47,188 nucleotides of DNA from Candidatus Yanofskybacteria bacterium (GTDB lineage: Bacteria > Patescibacteriota > Minisyncoccia > Minisyncoccales > UBA10102): the NCBI GenBank assembly GCA_030688685.1, contig JAUYJF010000038.1:1-47188 (forward strand), written 5' to 3'. Of the stretch, positions 33,080-41,821 are shown in pieces (the first letter of the stretch is position 1; the number at the start of each line of letters is the position of its first letter). The position numbers and the translations under genes are program-made. A model generated the notes under the pieces. That model was not told the origin of the DNA and did not search any database. It saw nothing but the letters and a program-made list of their open reading frames with translations.

Positions 33080-34831
33080 CTATTCTGTAATAACGCGAAG
33101 CACTTCTTCTATGGAAGTAAGGCCGCGGGCCGCCTTGAGAAAGCCGTCTTCAACCATGCTCACCATGCCTTCTGTCTGCGCCTGCTTTCTGAGATTGTCC
33201 ACTGAGGATTCCTCCTCAATGATTCGCTTGATGGATTCGGTCAGCGGAAACACCTCGTAAATCCCGACTCTTCCTTTGTAGCCGTCAGGATTCTCCTTGG
33301 TTTCCTTGGGTCGCCAGAACGTGGCTTCGTGGATCCCTTTTCCTGCTTTTAAAATTCCTTCCGCGATCAGAAGTTTTTCAACCCGATCAAAATCACACAG
33401 CTCTGAGAATCGTTCCAAATCGCTCTTGGTCAGCTTGTATTCTTCCTTCTCGTCGCATAACTTGCGCACCAGCCGCTGGGCAATCACTAAGCTCAGGGTG
33501 GAAGAAATAAGGAACGGTTCCACCTGCATATCAATAAGCCTGGGGATCGCTCCGGGAGCGTCATTAGTATGAAGCGTGGAAAGAACCAGATGGCCGGTGA
33601 GGGCGGCGTTCACGGCAAGAGAAGCTGTTTCCTGATCGCGAATTTCCCCTACCATAATAATGTCCGGATCCTGCCGAAGGAGGGACCTCAGCCCGTTCGC
33701 GAAGGTCAGGCCAACCTTGGACCGAACCTGCGTCTGGTTCACGCGGGGCATGCGATATTCAATCGGATCTTCCACGGTGGAGATATTCACCGCGGGACTA
33801 TTGAGAACCTCCATCATAGAATACAACGTTGTTGTTTTTCCGGATCCTGTGGGTCCGGTAACCAGAATCATGCCGACAGGACGGCGCAATGCCTGTTCTG
33901 CGCGCTCTAAAGCAGAGCCTGATAAACCAAGTTCCGCCAGCGTAAAAGCCTGGGCTGATTCGGAAAGAAGGCGCATGACAATTTTCTCCCCGTCAAAAAC
34001 CGGGAGAATGGACACGCGCATGGAATATTTATATCCCTCTGTTTCCACCTTAAACCGGCCGTCTTGGGGAAGGCGGTGCTCGTCAAGCTTGAGATCAGAA
34101 AGCACCTTGATGCGCGCGACAATCCCGGAAGCCGCCTGCTTGGGAAGCACCATGGCATCGCGCAGCACCCCGTCAATCCGGTAGCGCACGATAACCTCCT
34201 TTTCGGTCGGCTCAATGTGGATATCCGAAGCGCGCTGGAGAATCGCGTGTTTGATAAGCGTGTCAACGATCCTGATGACCGGGAGTTCTTCTGCCGCTTT
34301 TTTCAGGTCCTCCTGCTCGCTCTTTGCCTCCCGCGAATCCTGAACCGTTGTAATGCCCTCTCCTTCCTGCTTAATGATATCCCCGAACTCTGCTTCCAAG
34401 CTTTGCGAGTATTGCTGAAGGGCGTTCTTGATGGACTGGGGCGTCGTGAGGCGAGCTCTCACCTTGAGATCCGACTTCTTCTTAATAAAGTCAATCGTTA
34501 CGAGATCCTGGGGATCAAGCATGGCGACTTCCAGCTCCTTTCCTTTTTTACGGAACGCCACAATATTATGGGATTTCGCAATGGGTTCTGGAATAATCCT
34601 GAGCACCTCAGGATCAATTTGCTCCTCTTCCAGATTTACGAACGGAACCCCTAAAATGTATGCTTCTGTTTTGATAAGCTCCTCTTCTGGGATGAGCTCT
34701 TCCGCGAGCAGAATATCCCTCAGTTTCTTTCCGCCTTTCTTTGCCTCTTTTTCGGCGTCCTCAAGAGCGCCCGCTCCAATGAGCTTGGCATCAAGCAAAA
34801 ATGCTTTCAGCTGCTGGTCTTCAACTTTCAT
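33080..34831 (-). CDS. pilB: type IV pilus assembly ATPase PilB (GspE family)
   Basis: 583 aa with an N-terminal GSPII_E_N-like domain, Walker A GPTGSGKTTT, and Asp/His boxes. Confidence 0.9.
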   Translation of the reverse strand: MKVEDQQLKAFLLDAKLIGAGALEDAEKEAKKGGKKLRDILLAEELIPEEELIKTEAYILGVPFVNLEEEQIDPEVLRIIPEPIAKSHNIVAFRKKGKELEVAMLDPQDLVTIDFIKKKSDLKVRARLTTPQSIKNALQQYSQSLEAEFGDIIKQEGEGITTVQDSREAKSEQEDLKKAAEELPVIRIVDTLIKHAILQRASDIHIEPTEKEVIVRYRIDGVLRDAMVLPKQAASGIVARIKVLSDLKLDEHRLPQDGRFKVETEGYKYSMRVSILPVFDGEKIVMRLLSESAQAFTLAELGLSGSALERAEQALRRPVGMILVTGPTGSGKTTTLYSMMEVLNSPAVNISTVEDPIEYRMPRVNQTQVRSKVGLTFANGLRSLLRQDPDIIMVGEIRDQETASLAVNAALTGHLVLSTLHTNDAPGAIPRLIDMQVEPFLISSTLSLVIAQRLVRKLCDEKEEYKLTKSDLERFSELCDFDRVEKLLIAEGILKAGKGIHEATFWRPKETKENPDGYKGRVGIYEVFPLTESIKRIIEEESSVDNLRKQAQTEGMVSMVEDGFLKAARGLTSIEEVLRVITE

Positions 34832-35202
34832 GCCGCTTCTCCTAATGACTGCTTCACTTTCTGGACGACCTCCTCCAGATTATAGTTCGCTTTCACCAGA
34901 TAGGTGGTAGCGCCTAATTCCAGCGCTTTTTGGATGTCCTCAATCTTTTCCAGATTGGTAAGCAAAATAACGGGAATATGCGCGGTTTCCTTGTCTGCCT
35001 TGAGCTGCTTGAGCACATCAAAACCATGCATGCGGGGAAGCACCAGGTCCAGAAGAATGAGATCGGGTTTCTTTTCTTTTGCTGTTCGTAATCCGATTTC
35101 ACCGTCAAGCGCGGGAACAAACTCGTATCCCTCTTGCGCGAGAATATCCCCCAGCATTTTTTGCAGTGCTCCTTCGTCCTCAATTGATAGAATAGTTTTC
35201 AT
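34828..35202 (-). CDS. single-domain response regulator (CheY-like receiver)
   Basis: 124 aa with the phospho-acceptor region DLILLDLVLPRMHG and conserved T/K positions. It overlaps both the HK and pilB by 4 nt. Confidence 0.85.
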   Translation of the reverse strand: MKTILSIEDEGALQKMLGDILAQEGYEFVPALDGEIGLRTAKEKKPDLILLDLVLPRMHGFDVLKQLKADKETAHIPVILLTNLEKIEDIQKALELGATTYLVKANYNLEEVVQKVKQSLGEAA

Positions 35203-36170
35203 GATAAAGGAATAATAAACCAGAATTTCGACCCTTTGTTCTCCTTTGAAGAAAATTGGATTTTCCCTCCAGCTTTCTCCAGAATGGATTTCACAATATA
35301 CAGCCCGAGCCCCGTTCCCTGGGTCTCGTGGCGAAGAGCATTTGAGCTGCGGAAAAATCTCTGGAAAATATATTTGTGATCCCGCTGGGGGATTCCCACC
35401 CCATTGTCTTCAATTTCAAACTGCAAAAACGCTCCTCTGCGGAAATAGCGGATCGCAACGCGCTTCTTGGCTTTTGTCGCGCCTGTTTCCCCGTCCTTCC
35501 AAGCGTAGCGGATCGCGTTATCCAGAAGATTGGAGAGCACCTGCCTGATCTTTCCGGGATCGCTTGTGATGCTGGGGAGTTCCTCTCCCTCAAGCGCGAT
35601 TTCAATATTGGAGGAGGTGAGAATCGGCTTGAACTCTGCCACAACGCTCTCCACGAGAGCTGGAAAAGAAAATTGCTCCGCCTGGAAGGGAAGATCATTT
35701 TGCTCAATCCGGGAAACAGACAAAAGGTCATTTACGAGATTATGCATGCGGGCGGAGTTGTCTTTTAAGATGGTAAAGTAGCTCTGCTGATTCGGGTTGA
35801 CCTGTCCCAAGCGTCCAGAGAGAAGAAACTCTAAGGCCCATTTTAAATTGGAAATGGGGGCGCGCAGCTGATGGGATACGATGCTTACAAACTCGGATTT
35901 CATGCGAGAGGCCTCAGCAAGCCGCTCAAAAGACTTTGTCACAAGGTACGAGAGGACAAGGAGCCCCGCGGTCACAAAGATGATGATCAAGCTTACCATA
36001 TACGGATCCTCTATGAAGCGCGTGCCCACTCCATATAACAGGAGCATGGATATGATGATCAAAAACCCCATGACAACAAACAGGAACTGCGGACACTGCC
36101 AAAGAGATATCCTGTATTTCGTGCAATCCGCGAAAGGATTTAAGCGTTCAAAGAATTCCTTTGAAGTCAT
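35199..36170 (-). CDS. sensor histidine kinase
   Basis: Two N-terminal TM helices, H-box SHQLRAPISNL, N-box LLDNAIRY, and G-boxes DNGVGI and GTGLGLYIV. Confidence 0.85.
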   Translation of the reverse strand: MTSKEFFERLNPFADCTKYRISLWQCPQFLFVVMGFLIIISMLLLYGVGTRFIEDPYMVSLIIIFVTAGLLVLSYLVTKSFERLAEASRMKSEFVSIVSHQLRAPISNLKWALEFLLSGRLGQVNPNQQSYFTILKDNSARMHNLVNDLLSVSRIEQNDLPFQAEQFSFPALVESVVAEFKPILTSSNIEIALEGEELPSITSDPGKIRQVLSNLLDNAIRYAWKDGETGATKAKKRVAIRYFRRGAFLQFEIEDNGVGIPQRDHKYIFQRFFRSSNALRHETQGTGLGLYIVKSILEKAGGKIQFSSKENKGSKFWFIIPLS

Positions 36171-36176
36171 TACAAA

Positions 36177-36206
36177 ATACTACCATACATTGACCCACTG
36201 CTCCAA
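36177..36206 (-). promoter_or_regulatory. candidate promoter of the HK-RR-pilus operon (leaderless geometry)
   Basis: On the minus strand: TTGGAG (36201-36206), 18-nt spacer, TAGTAT (36177-36182). 6 nt separate the -10 box from the ATG at 36170. Confidence 0.35.
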
Positions 36207-36218
36207 ATGTGATAAAAA
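36190..36218 (+). promoter_or_regulatory. sigma70-like promoter of the tRNA-Pro/tRNA-Gly pair
   Basis: TTGACC (36190-36195), 17-nt spacer, TAAAAA (36213-36218). Confidence 0.45.
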
Positions 36219-36229
36219 AAATGCGTCCT

Positions 36230-36300
36230 CGGGGTATCGTATAATGGTAGTACGCTTGCTTTGGGAGCATGTAGCCTAGGTTCGATTCCTAGTACCCCGA
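36230..36300 (+). tRNA. tRNA-Pro(UGG)
   Basis: Acceptor CGGGGTA/TACCCCG, anticodon loop TTTGGGA (G37), one U-U mismatch in the anticodon stem, T-loop TTCGATT. Confidence 0.8.
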
Positions 36301-36330
36301 CAAACGTACACCATACTAAATGAACGGTGC

Positions 36331-36404
36331 GCGGGTGTAGCATAGTGGTAATGCACCAGGTTTCCAACCTGGCTATGTGGGTCCGATTCCCATCACCCGC
36401 TCCA
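36331..36404 (+). tRNA. tRNA-Gly(UCC)
   Basis: Acceptor and D-arm are identical to tRNA-Gly(GCC) at 15166. Anticodon loop is TTTCCAA. T-loop reads TCCGATT (C at position 55). CCA is encoded. Confidence 0.85.
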
Positions 36405-36408
36405 ACAG

Positions 36409-36440
36409 AAAACCACCCCTGATAGGGTGGTTTTCTTTTT
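36409..36440. terminator. bidirectional hairpin terminator (tRNA pair and rny)
   Basis: aaaaccaccc ctgata gggtggtttt followed by cttttt. It abuts the rny stop codon. Confidence 0.6.
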
Positions 36441-37968
36441 ACCTGGCGTATTCCACAAACCTGTTTTCTCGAATAAGCGTTACTTTGATTTCTCCCGGAT
36501 AGCGAAGCTCCTCTTGAATGCGGGATGCTACATCACGCGCAAGTTGGTGAGCTTCCAGGTCTGAGACCTCAGATGGGTGCACAAAGATGCGGATTTCCCG
36601 TCCCGCCTGGATGGCATACACTTTCTCCACTCCTCCAAAGGAAGCTGCCAACTGCTCAAGTTCTCCAATGCGCTTTAAGTAGTTCTCCAGTGTGTCTTTG
36701 CGAGCTCCGGGACGAGAAGCTGAGATCGCGTCAGCCGTCTGCACAAGAACAGCCTCAATGGATTCGTAGGGATAATCCTCGTGGTGGGACTTCATGGCGC
36801 TAATGACCGCCTTTTCCATTCCAAACTTCTCCAGCACGCGCATGCCGATCTCCACGTGAGAGCCCTCTATCTGATGATCCAGTGCTTTCCCAATGTCATG
36901 GAAAAGACCCGCTTTTTTGCTGAGCTGCGCGTCCGCTCCTATTTCTGCCGCAAGAGCCGCGGCAAGATGGGCAACTTCAATGGAATGCAGGAGAACATTT
37001 TGTCCATAGCTGGTGCGGAATTTCAGGCGCCCGAGGAGAAACACGAGTTTGGGATCAATACCGACGATCCCCACCTCATAGATGGCAGTTTCCCCGGCTT
37101 CTTTCATTTGTTGCTCAATCTCTCCCTGCACTTTCGCTACTTCCTCTTCCACGCGGGCGGGATGAATGCGCCCGTCCTGGATAAGCCGCTCCAGAGCGGT
37201 TTTCGCGATATGCCGCCTCACTGCGTCAAATCCTGAGATTACCACGGTTTCCGGGGCCTCATCCACAATGATTTCCACTCCGGCTGCGCGCTCTAAGGCG
37301 CGAATGTTTCTTCCTTCTTTTCCAATAATCTTTCCCTTCATTTCTTCTGAAGGAAGGATAACCGTGGATGTGGTGATTTCCTGCGTTTGAGGCACCGCGA
37401 TCTTTTGAATGGCGTAGGAGACAATCTCTCTCGCGCGCGCGTCAAACCGGTCTTTGCCTTCTGCCTCCAGCTGGCGGATTCTTCCTAAGATATCTTTCTC
37501 GTGCTGGGCTTCCACACGCCCGAAGAGTTCGCTTTTTGCCTCCTCTTGGGAGAGCTTGGCGACAGCTTCCAGTCGGCGCACAATGTCCGCCCGCTCTTGC
37601 TCCAGTTTTTCTTTCGTATCCTTCAGGAGCGTCTCTTTTGCCTGAATCTCGTTCTGCTGAGATTCAAAATCAGAGAGTTTTTGCTCAAACAAACTCTCCC
37701 GCTTTAAGAGAAGCTGTTCTGTTTTGAGGATTTCTTTTCGACGTTCATCCTCTTCCTGCTTTGCCTCACTGAGAATATGTTTTCCTTCCTGCCTTGCTTT
37801 CTCAAGAATCGCTTGGCTTTCTTCCTCAACCTGTGCAATGCGCTTTTTTAACTTTTGTTCAACCGATCCGGCTCGCTTTCGCGCGATTGACTGCCGGGCG
37901 TAGTACCCAAGAAGAGAGCCCAAAACCAATGCTCCAAGGCCCGTTCCTATAAGGAGAAGAGCATCCAT
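36439..37968 (-). CDS. rny: ribonuclease Y
   Basis: N-terminal TM helix, coiled coil, KH domain (GKIIGKEGRNIRALE), and HD domain (HSIEVAHL...GLFHDIGK). Confidence 0.9.
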   Translation of the reverse strand: MDALLLIGTGLGALVLGSLLGYYARQSIARKRAGSVEQKLKKRIAQVEEESQAILEKARQEGKHILSEAKQEEDERRKEILKTEQLLLKRESLFEQKLSDFESQQNEIQAKETLLKDTKEKLEQERADIVRRLEAVAKLSQEEAKSELFGRVEAQHEKDILGRIRQLEAEGKDRFDARAREIVSYAIQKIAVPQTQEITTSTVILPSEEMKGKIIGKEGRNIRALERAAGVEIIVDEAPETVVISGFDAVRRHIAKTALERLIQDGRIHPARVEEEVAKVQGEIEQQMKEAGETAIYEVGIVGIDPKLVFLLGRLKFRTSYGQNVLLHSIEVAHLAAALAAEIGADAQLSKKAGLFHDIGKALDHQIEGSHVEIGMRVLEKFGMEKAVISAMKSHHEDYPYESIEAVLVQTADAISASRPGARKDTLENYLKRIGELEQLAASFGGVEKVYAIQAGREIRIFVHPSEVSDLEAHQLARDVASRIQEELRYPGEIKVTLIRENRFVEYAR

Positions 37969-38062
37969 GGGAATTCAGAAAATATTGGCGCTTATGTTGT
38001 TTATTCATGCCTATGACCAATTTTCTGATTTCAGAGTACCAGAAAGAGCAAGAGAAGTCAAA

Positions 38063-38088
38063 CCCCGCTCCAGGGGGCCAGAGCGGGG
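38063..38088 (-). terminator. terminator-like hairpin after clpP
   Basis: 8-bp stem ccccgctc/gagcgggg. The minus-strand RNA has only a short U-run. Confidence 0.35.
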
Positions 38089-38106
38089 AGAAATCACACC
38101 TTGACG

Positions 38107-38688
38107 CTACTTTCTTTGGATAACCTCGTCAATCAGTCCATACTCTTTCGCGCCCGCGGGATCCAAATAAAAATCCCGATCAGTGTCTTTTTCTATTTTC
38201 TCAAAGGGTTGACCCGTGTGCTCAGCCAAGATTTTGTTCAATTGTTCGCGAATCTTTATGATCTGCTTTGCGGTAATTTCAATATGGGCTGCCTCTCCAG
38301 TCACGCCTCCCGCAACCTGATGAAGCATCATCTGGGCGTTGGGAAGAGCGAATCGTTTTCCGTGAGCTCCGGTTGCCAGAAGCACCGCTCCCATGGAAGC
38401 TGCCATTCCCACGCACACGGTGGAAACAGGGCATCTGATGTACTGCATGGTGTCATAGATGGCAAGGCCGGCTGTTACTGATCCTCCGGGAGAGTTTATG
38501 TAAAATTGGATGGGCTTGGTGGAGTCCTTCTGGGCGAGAAACAGCATCTGGGCGATGATGGAGTTTGCGACCACATCATTAATGGGAGAGCCGAGAAAAA
38601 TAATCCGATCGCGCAAAAGACGGGAGTAAATATCATACGCCCTCTCCCCATACTGACTTTTTTCAATTACTGTTGGAATAAGATTCAT
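38107..38688 (-). CDS. clpP: ATP-dependent Clp protease proteolytic subunit
   Basis: 193 aa with the catalytic Ser context [10 protein letters not shown], plus His and Asp regions. Confidence 0.95.
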   Translation of the reverse strand: MNLIPTVIEKSQYGERAYDIYSRLLRDRIIFLGSPINDVVANSIIAQMLFLAQKDSTKPIQFYINSPGGSVTAGLAIYDTMQYIRCPVSTVCVGMAASMGAVLLATGAHGKRFALPNAQMMLHQVAGGVTGEAAHIEITAKQIIKIREQLNKILAEHTGQPFEKIEKDTDRDFYLDPAGAKEYGLIDEVIQRK

Positions 38689-38766
38689 CCTATGAAAAGT
38701 TACTCATGGTTATTTTTTCTTGTTCCCGGTGAAACGTTGCCCTGTATTTGGGGCCTCTCATGGGAT

Positions 38767-39786
38767 TCATTTCTTTGCGGATTCTTCCAGTAACGCGAGT
38801 GCTTTTTCGTTCTCAAGCGCGCCTTTAGTATACAAGACAAGCTGCTTTTGGTCAAACGCCTGTTCTGCTTCTTTTGGACTTCCAAACTGCGCAAGAACCC
38901 TCTGCGTGCCCGCCTGGATTTCTTCATCTGTGACTTGAATATTCTCCTGCTTGACGATCTCCCGAAGAATCAGGGAGTTTTTCACGCGCTTCTCAGCTTC
39001 CTTGGCAAATTCTAAAAGAAGCTGGTCCTCTGTCTTTCCCACTTTTTCCAAATACTCTTGGAATTCCATGCCGGCCTGCTCCTTCACTCCTTTTTTAATG
39101 TTCTCCACCATGGAGCTCTGTTCTCGTTCTATGAGCACGTCAGGGATATCTCCTTTTGTTTTTTCTGCCACTTTCTCAAGAATTTCTTGGCGATGACGCT
39201 GGGTCTCCCGATATTCTTTTTCCGAGAGGAGCCCTTCCCGCACAGACGAGCGTACCTGATCCATGGATTCAAAGGCTCCCAGGGATTTGGCGAATTCATC
39301 GTTAAGTTCCGGCAGTTCCTTTCCCTGCTCCTGCCTGCTTTTCTGAAGCCATTCCAGCGTCTGCTGTACTTCCTGTTCCTCGAGGGCAACCTCTTTTCGC
39401 TGAACATGAGAGGCAAGGGCGCGCCAATCCGGAAGAACCATGGCGGGGATAAGCGCAACCTCAAGCTGGAACTCAAAAGGATTGCCGGGAGCCAATTTCT
39501 TGACGGAAAGCTCCGGGTCTCCGATCACGTCCAATGCTTCTTTTTCCACAACCTCAAGATACGCGTCTTGCACCGCAAGCCGAGCCGCTTCCATAAGAAT
39601 GGTTTCTTCCCCGACCTGGCGGCGCACAATGTCAGGGGGCACTTGACCCGGACGGAATCCTTCCACCTGCAGCTGCTTTCCCAGCATTTCTTCCGCCTTT
39701 ACCCGGTATCCTTCCCAATGGTCAGCTGGGAGAGCGCAGGTTATCTGAACACGGGATTTTTCTTTTTTTGCAACTGAATACTCCAT
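38767..39786 (-). CDS. tig: trigger factor (short, apparently lacking the PPIase domain)
   Basis: Ribosome-docking signature GFRPGQVP in the N-domain and a helical C-domain. At only 339 aa there is no FKBP-like segment between them. Confidence 0.8.
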   Translation of the reverse strand: MEYSVAKKEKSRVQITCALPADHWEGYRVKAEEMLGKQLQVEGFRPGQVPPDIVRRQVGEETILMEAARLAVQDAYLEVVEKEALDVIGDPELSVKKLAPGNPFEFQLEVALIPAMVLPDWRALASHVQRKEVALEEQEVQQTLEWLQKSRQEQGKELPELNDEFAKSLGAFESMDQVRSSVREGLLSEKEYRETQRHRQEILEKVAEKTKGDIPDVLIEREQSSMVENIKKGVKEQAGMEFQEYLEKVGKTEDQLLLEFAKEAEKRVKNSLILREIVKQENIQVTDEEIQAGTQRVLAQFGSPKEAEQAFDQKQLVLYTKGALENEKALALLEESAKK

Positions 39787-39794
39787 AAGAACTC

Positions 39795-40997
39795 TTAGAT
39801 GTTAGCTGGTTTTTCTTTTTCTGCTTCCTCCTGAGCATCGTCCTGAGATTCCGCGGGCATATCCACCTGCGTGCCTTCCGGAGTTCTGACGTCAATCTTC
39901 CATCCGGTCAGCTTTGCGGCAAGCCGCACATTCTGCCCTTCTTTTCCAATCGCGAGAGAGAGTTGGTCTTCTGGAACAATGGCAAGCGCGCGGTTTTTCG
40001 GGTACGTTTCCACCTGAAGAACTTTTGCGGGAGAAAGAGCGTTCGCGATAAAGGTTTCCGTGTCCTCCGCCCATTCAATAATGTCTATCTTCTCTCCTCC
40101 CAATTCATTGATGACCGCGGAAACCCGGGTACCGCGCTGGCCCACCATAGCTCCCACCGGGTCAACCTGGGGCTCTGTGGAGGCGACAGCAACCTTGGTT
40201 CGCGCTCCAGGCTCCCGGGCAATGGCTTTAATCACAACAGTCTCTGCCGCAATTTCAGGAACCTCAAGGGCAAAAAGCCGAGAAATGAACTTCGGATACG
40301 CGCGGGAAAGAATGATGGACGGTCCTTTTGGGGTATCTTCCACCTGCGACACATAAAAGCGGAGGCGCTGGCCCGGGCGATAAAACTCCCCGGGTACGTG
40401 CTCTTCTCGCGGGAACACCCCAAGCACCTTTCCGAGATCCACAAAGATCGCCCGCCCCTCCACGCGCTGAATGACTCCTGAAATCAGGCCGCCTTCCTTT
40501 GACTTGAATTCTTTGAGCGTTGATTCGCGCTCCGCCTCTCTGATCTTCTGTAAAATGACTTGCTTGGCGGTTTGGGCGGCAATCCGGCCATAGTTCATAT
40601 TCCGTTCTAACGGAATCTGGACGATGTCTCCTGGCTGAGCATCCGGCTTCAGCTTCTTTGCCTCTTCTTCAAAAAGATGGCGTTCAGGGTTGAATCGCAC
40701 CTTTTTTTCCGCGGAAATCTCCTCATCCTCTGAAGGAAGACGTTCCTGCTCTTTCAGTTCTTCAAGCTCCTGTTCAGAATAGATCATGGTGTCATCCACA
40801 ACCGTTTTCTCTTGCCAGAAATCCGCGTTCCCTGTCTGGGAATTGAATTTTGCCTTAATAAGCTGGCCTCGCTTTCCATAATCCTTTTTGTAGGCTGCAG
40901 CCAGCGCCTGTTCAATTGCTTCCAGTACTCGTTCTGCTGACAGTCCTTTTTCTTCTGAAATCTGAGAGAGAAGAAGCGGTAAATTTTTGAGATCCAT
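39795..40997 (-). CDS. nusA: transcription termination/antitermination factor NusA
   Basis: N-terminal domain, S1 domain, and two KH domains (VGQRGTRV and GKEGQNVRLA). The tail is acidic. Confidence 0.9.
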   Translation of the reverse strand: MDLKNLPLLLSQISEEKGLSAERVLEAIEQALAAAYKKDYGKRGQLIKAKFNSQTGNADFWQEKTVVDDTMIYSEQELEELKEQERLPSEDEEISAEKKVRFNPERHLFEEEAKKLKPDAQPGDIVQIPLERNMNYGRIAAQTAKQVILQKIREAERESTLKEFKSKEGGLISGVIQRVEGRAIFVDLGKVLGVFPREEHVPGEFYRPGQRLRFYVSQVEDTPKGPSIILSRAYPKFISRLFALEVPEIAAETVVIKAIAREPGARTKVAVASTEPQVDPVGAMVGQRGTRVSAVINELGGEKIDIIEWAEDTETFIANALSPAKVLQVETYPKNRALAIVPEDQLSLAIGKEGQNVRLAAKLTGWKIDVRTPEGTQVDMPAESQDDAQEEAEKEKPANI

Positions 40998-41205
40998 AGG
41001 TATACTAACTTAGTTAATTAAGAAATTGTTTCTGCTATTAAGAAACAATGCCCGGTTGGAACGGACATTTGACATTTTTAGCGTATCAAAGGAGAAGAAG
41101 TTTGTCAAGAAATGGTGGGATATCCTAAACTTTGCGCCAAACCATTTTGGGGGAAACTGACCGCCCCGCCCTCGCTTCTAATATTGCGGCGAAAAAATCC
41201 GGCGG

Positions 41206-41796
41206 CTATAATATTGATTCTACCTCGGATCTCATCCGATTAAAAATCTTGGCGTGTCCTTTAGTGTTCGGATGAAGTCCATCAATAAGGTCGTCGTTTC
41301 CAACTACGCTATCCATAGAAATGAATTTCAGCTTGTTGCTCTCGCAAAACTTCTCAATAGCATTGTCTAGCCGTTTAATGTTTTCGTTGAAATAGGACTT
41401 GTCGGGTTTCCATGGACAAGGAGTAGTTTTTGATTCGTCTACTGCGGTCAAGCCAACAAAAACAATTTTTTCAGTAAAATTATTGGCAAGAGAAAGAAGT
41501 TTTGCAAGATTTTGCTGAAATTCATCAAGCGAAACGCGCAAGCCGTTTGTGGAATGGATAAATTGAGCGTCATTGATTCCAATGGCGAAAATTATCAAAT
41601 TTGGTTCGCGCGCTTTCGCTTCAACTTCAATCCTGCTAAGCAAGTCGGCTATGGTATTGCCGGAAACCCCAAGATTATAAACATCAATATCTTTATCCTG
41701 TGCTTCAAAATAATTTCGCAAGCGAGTAGCCCAGCCGCCTTGCTCTGGATCGTATGCTCCCCAAGCTATACTGTCCCCGAAAATTAGAATGTTCAT
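41206..41796 (-). CDS. SGNH/GDSL-family hydrolase
   Basis: Block I FGDSIAWG, block III GINDA, block V DGLHPN. It lies in an AT-rich region. Confidence 0.8.
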   Translation of the reverse strand: MNILIFGDSIAWGAYDPEQGGWATRLRNYFEAQDKDIDVYNLGVSGNTIADLLSRIEVEAKAREPNLIIFAIGINDAQFIHSTNGLRVSLDEFQQNLAKLLSLANNFTEKIVFVGLTAVDESKTTPCPWKPDKSYFNENIKRLDNAIEKFCESNKLKFISMDSVVGNDDLIDGLHPNTKGHAKIFNRMRSEVESIL

Positions 41797-41821
41797 AGAT
41801 TATTTCCCTTCGGCTCAAATT

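Noticed and set aside
33297-34910. Several plus-strand ORFs (up to 196 aa) opposite pilB.
   Set aside because: They are antisense shadows of the GspE-family ATPase gene.
39058-39777. 239-aa plus-strand ORF opposite tig. Similar shadows lie opposite nusA (39963-40481) and cca (45683-46348).
   Set aside because: They are antisense to well-supported housekeeping genes and have low-complexity translations.
41113-41118. Search for a direct repeat of the tRNA-Ala 3' end (att-like site) at the far border of the Fic island.
   Set aside because: Only the hexamer tggtgg matches the tRNA 3' end (43675-43680). That is too short to be meaningful. No integrase is present, so the island boundary remains undefined.
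40998-41205. 208-nt nusA upstream region with a 9-bp hairpin (attgtttct/agaaacaat near 41026-41050), considered as a possible regulatory RNA or attenuator.
   Set aside because: There is only one short hairpin, no second conserved element and no recognisable leader motif. The evidence is insufficient to call a feature.
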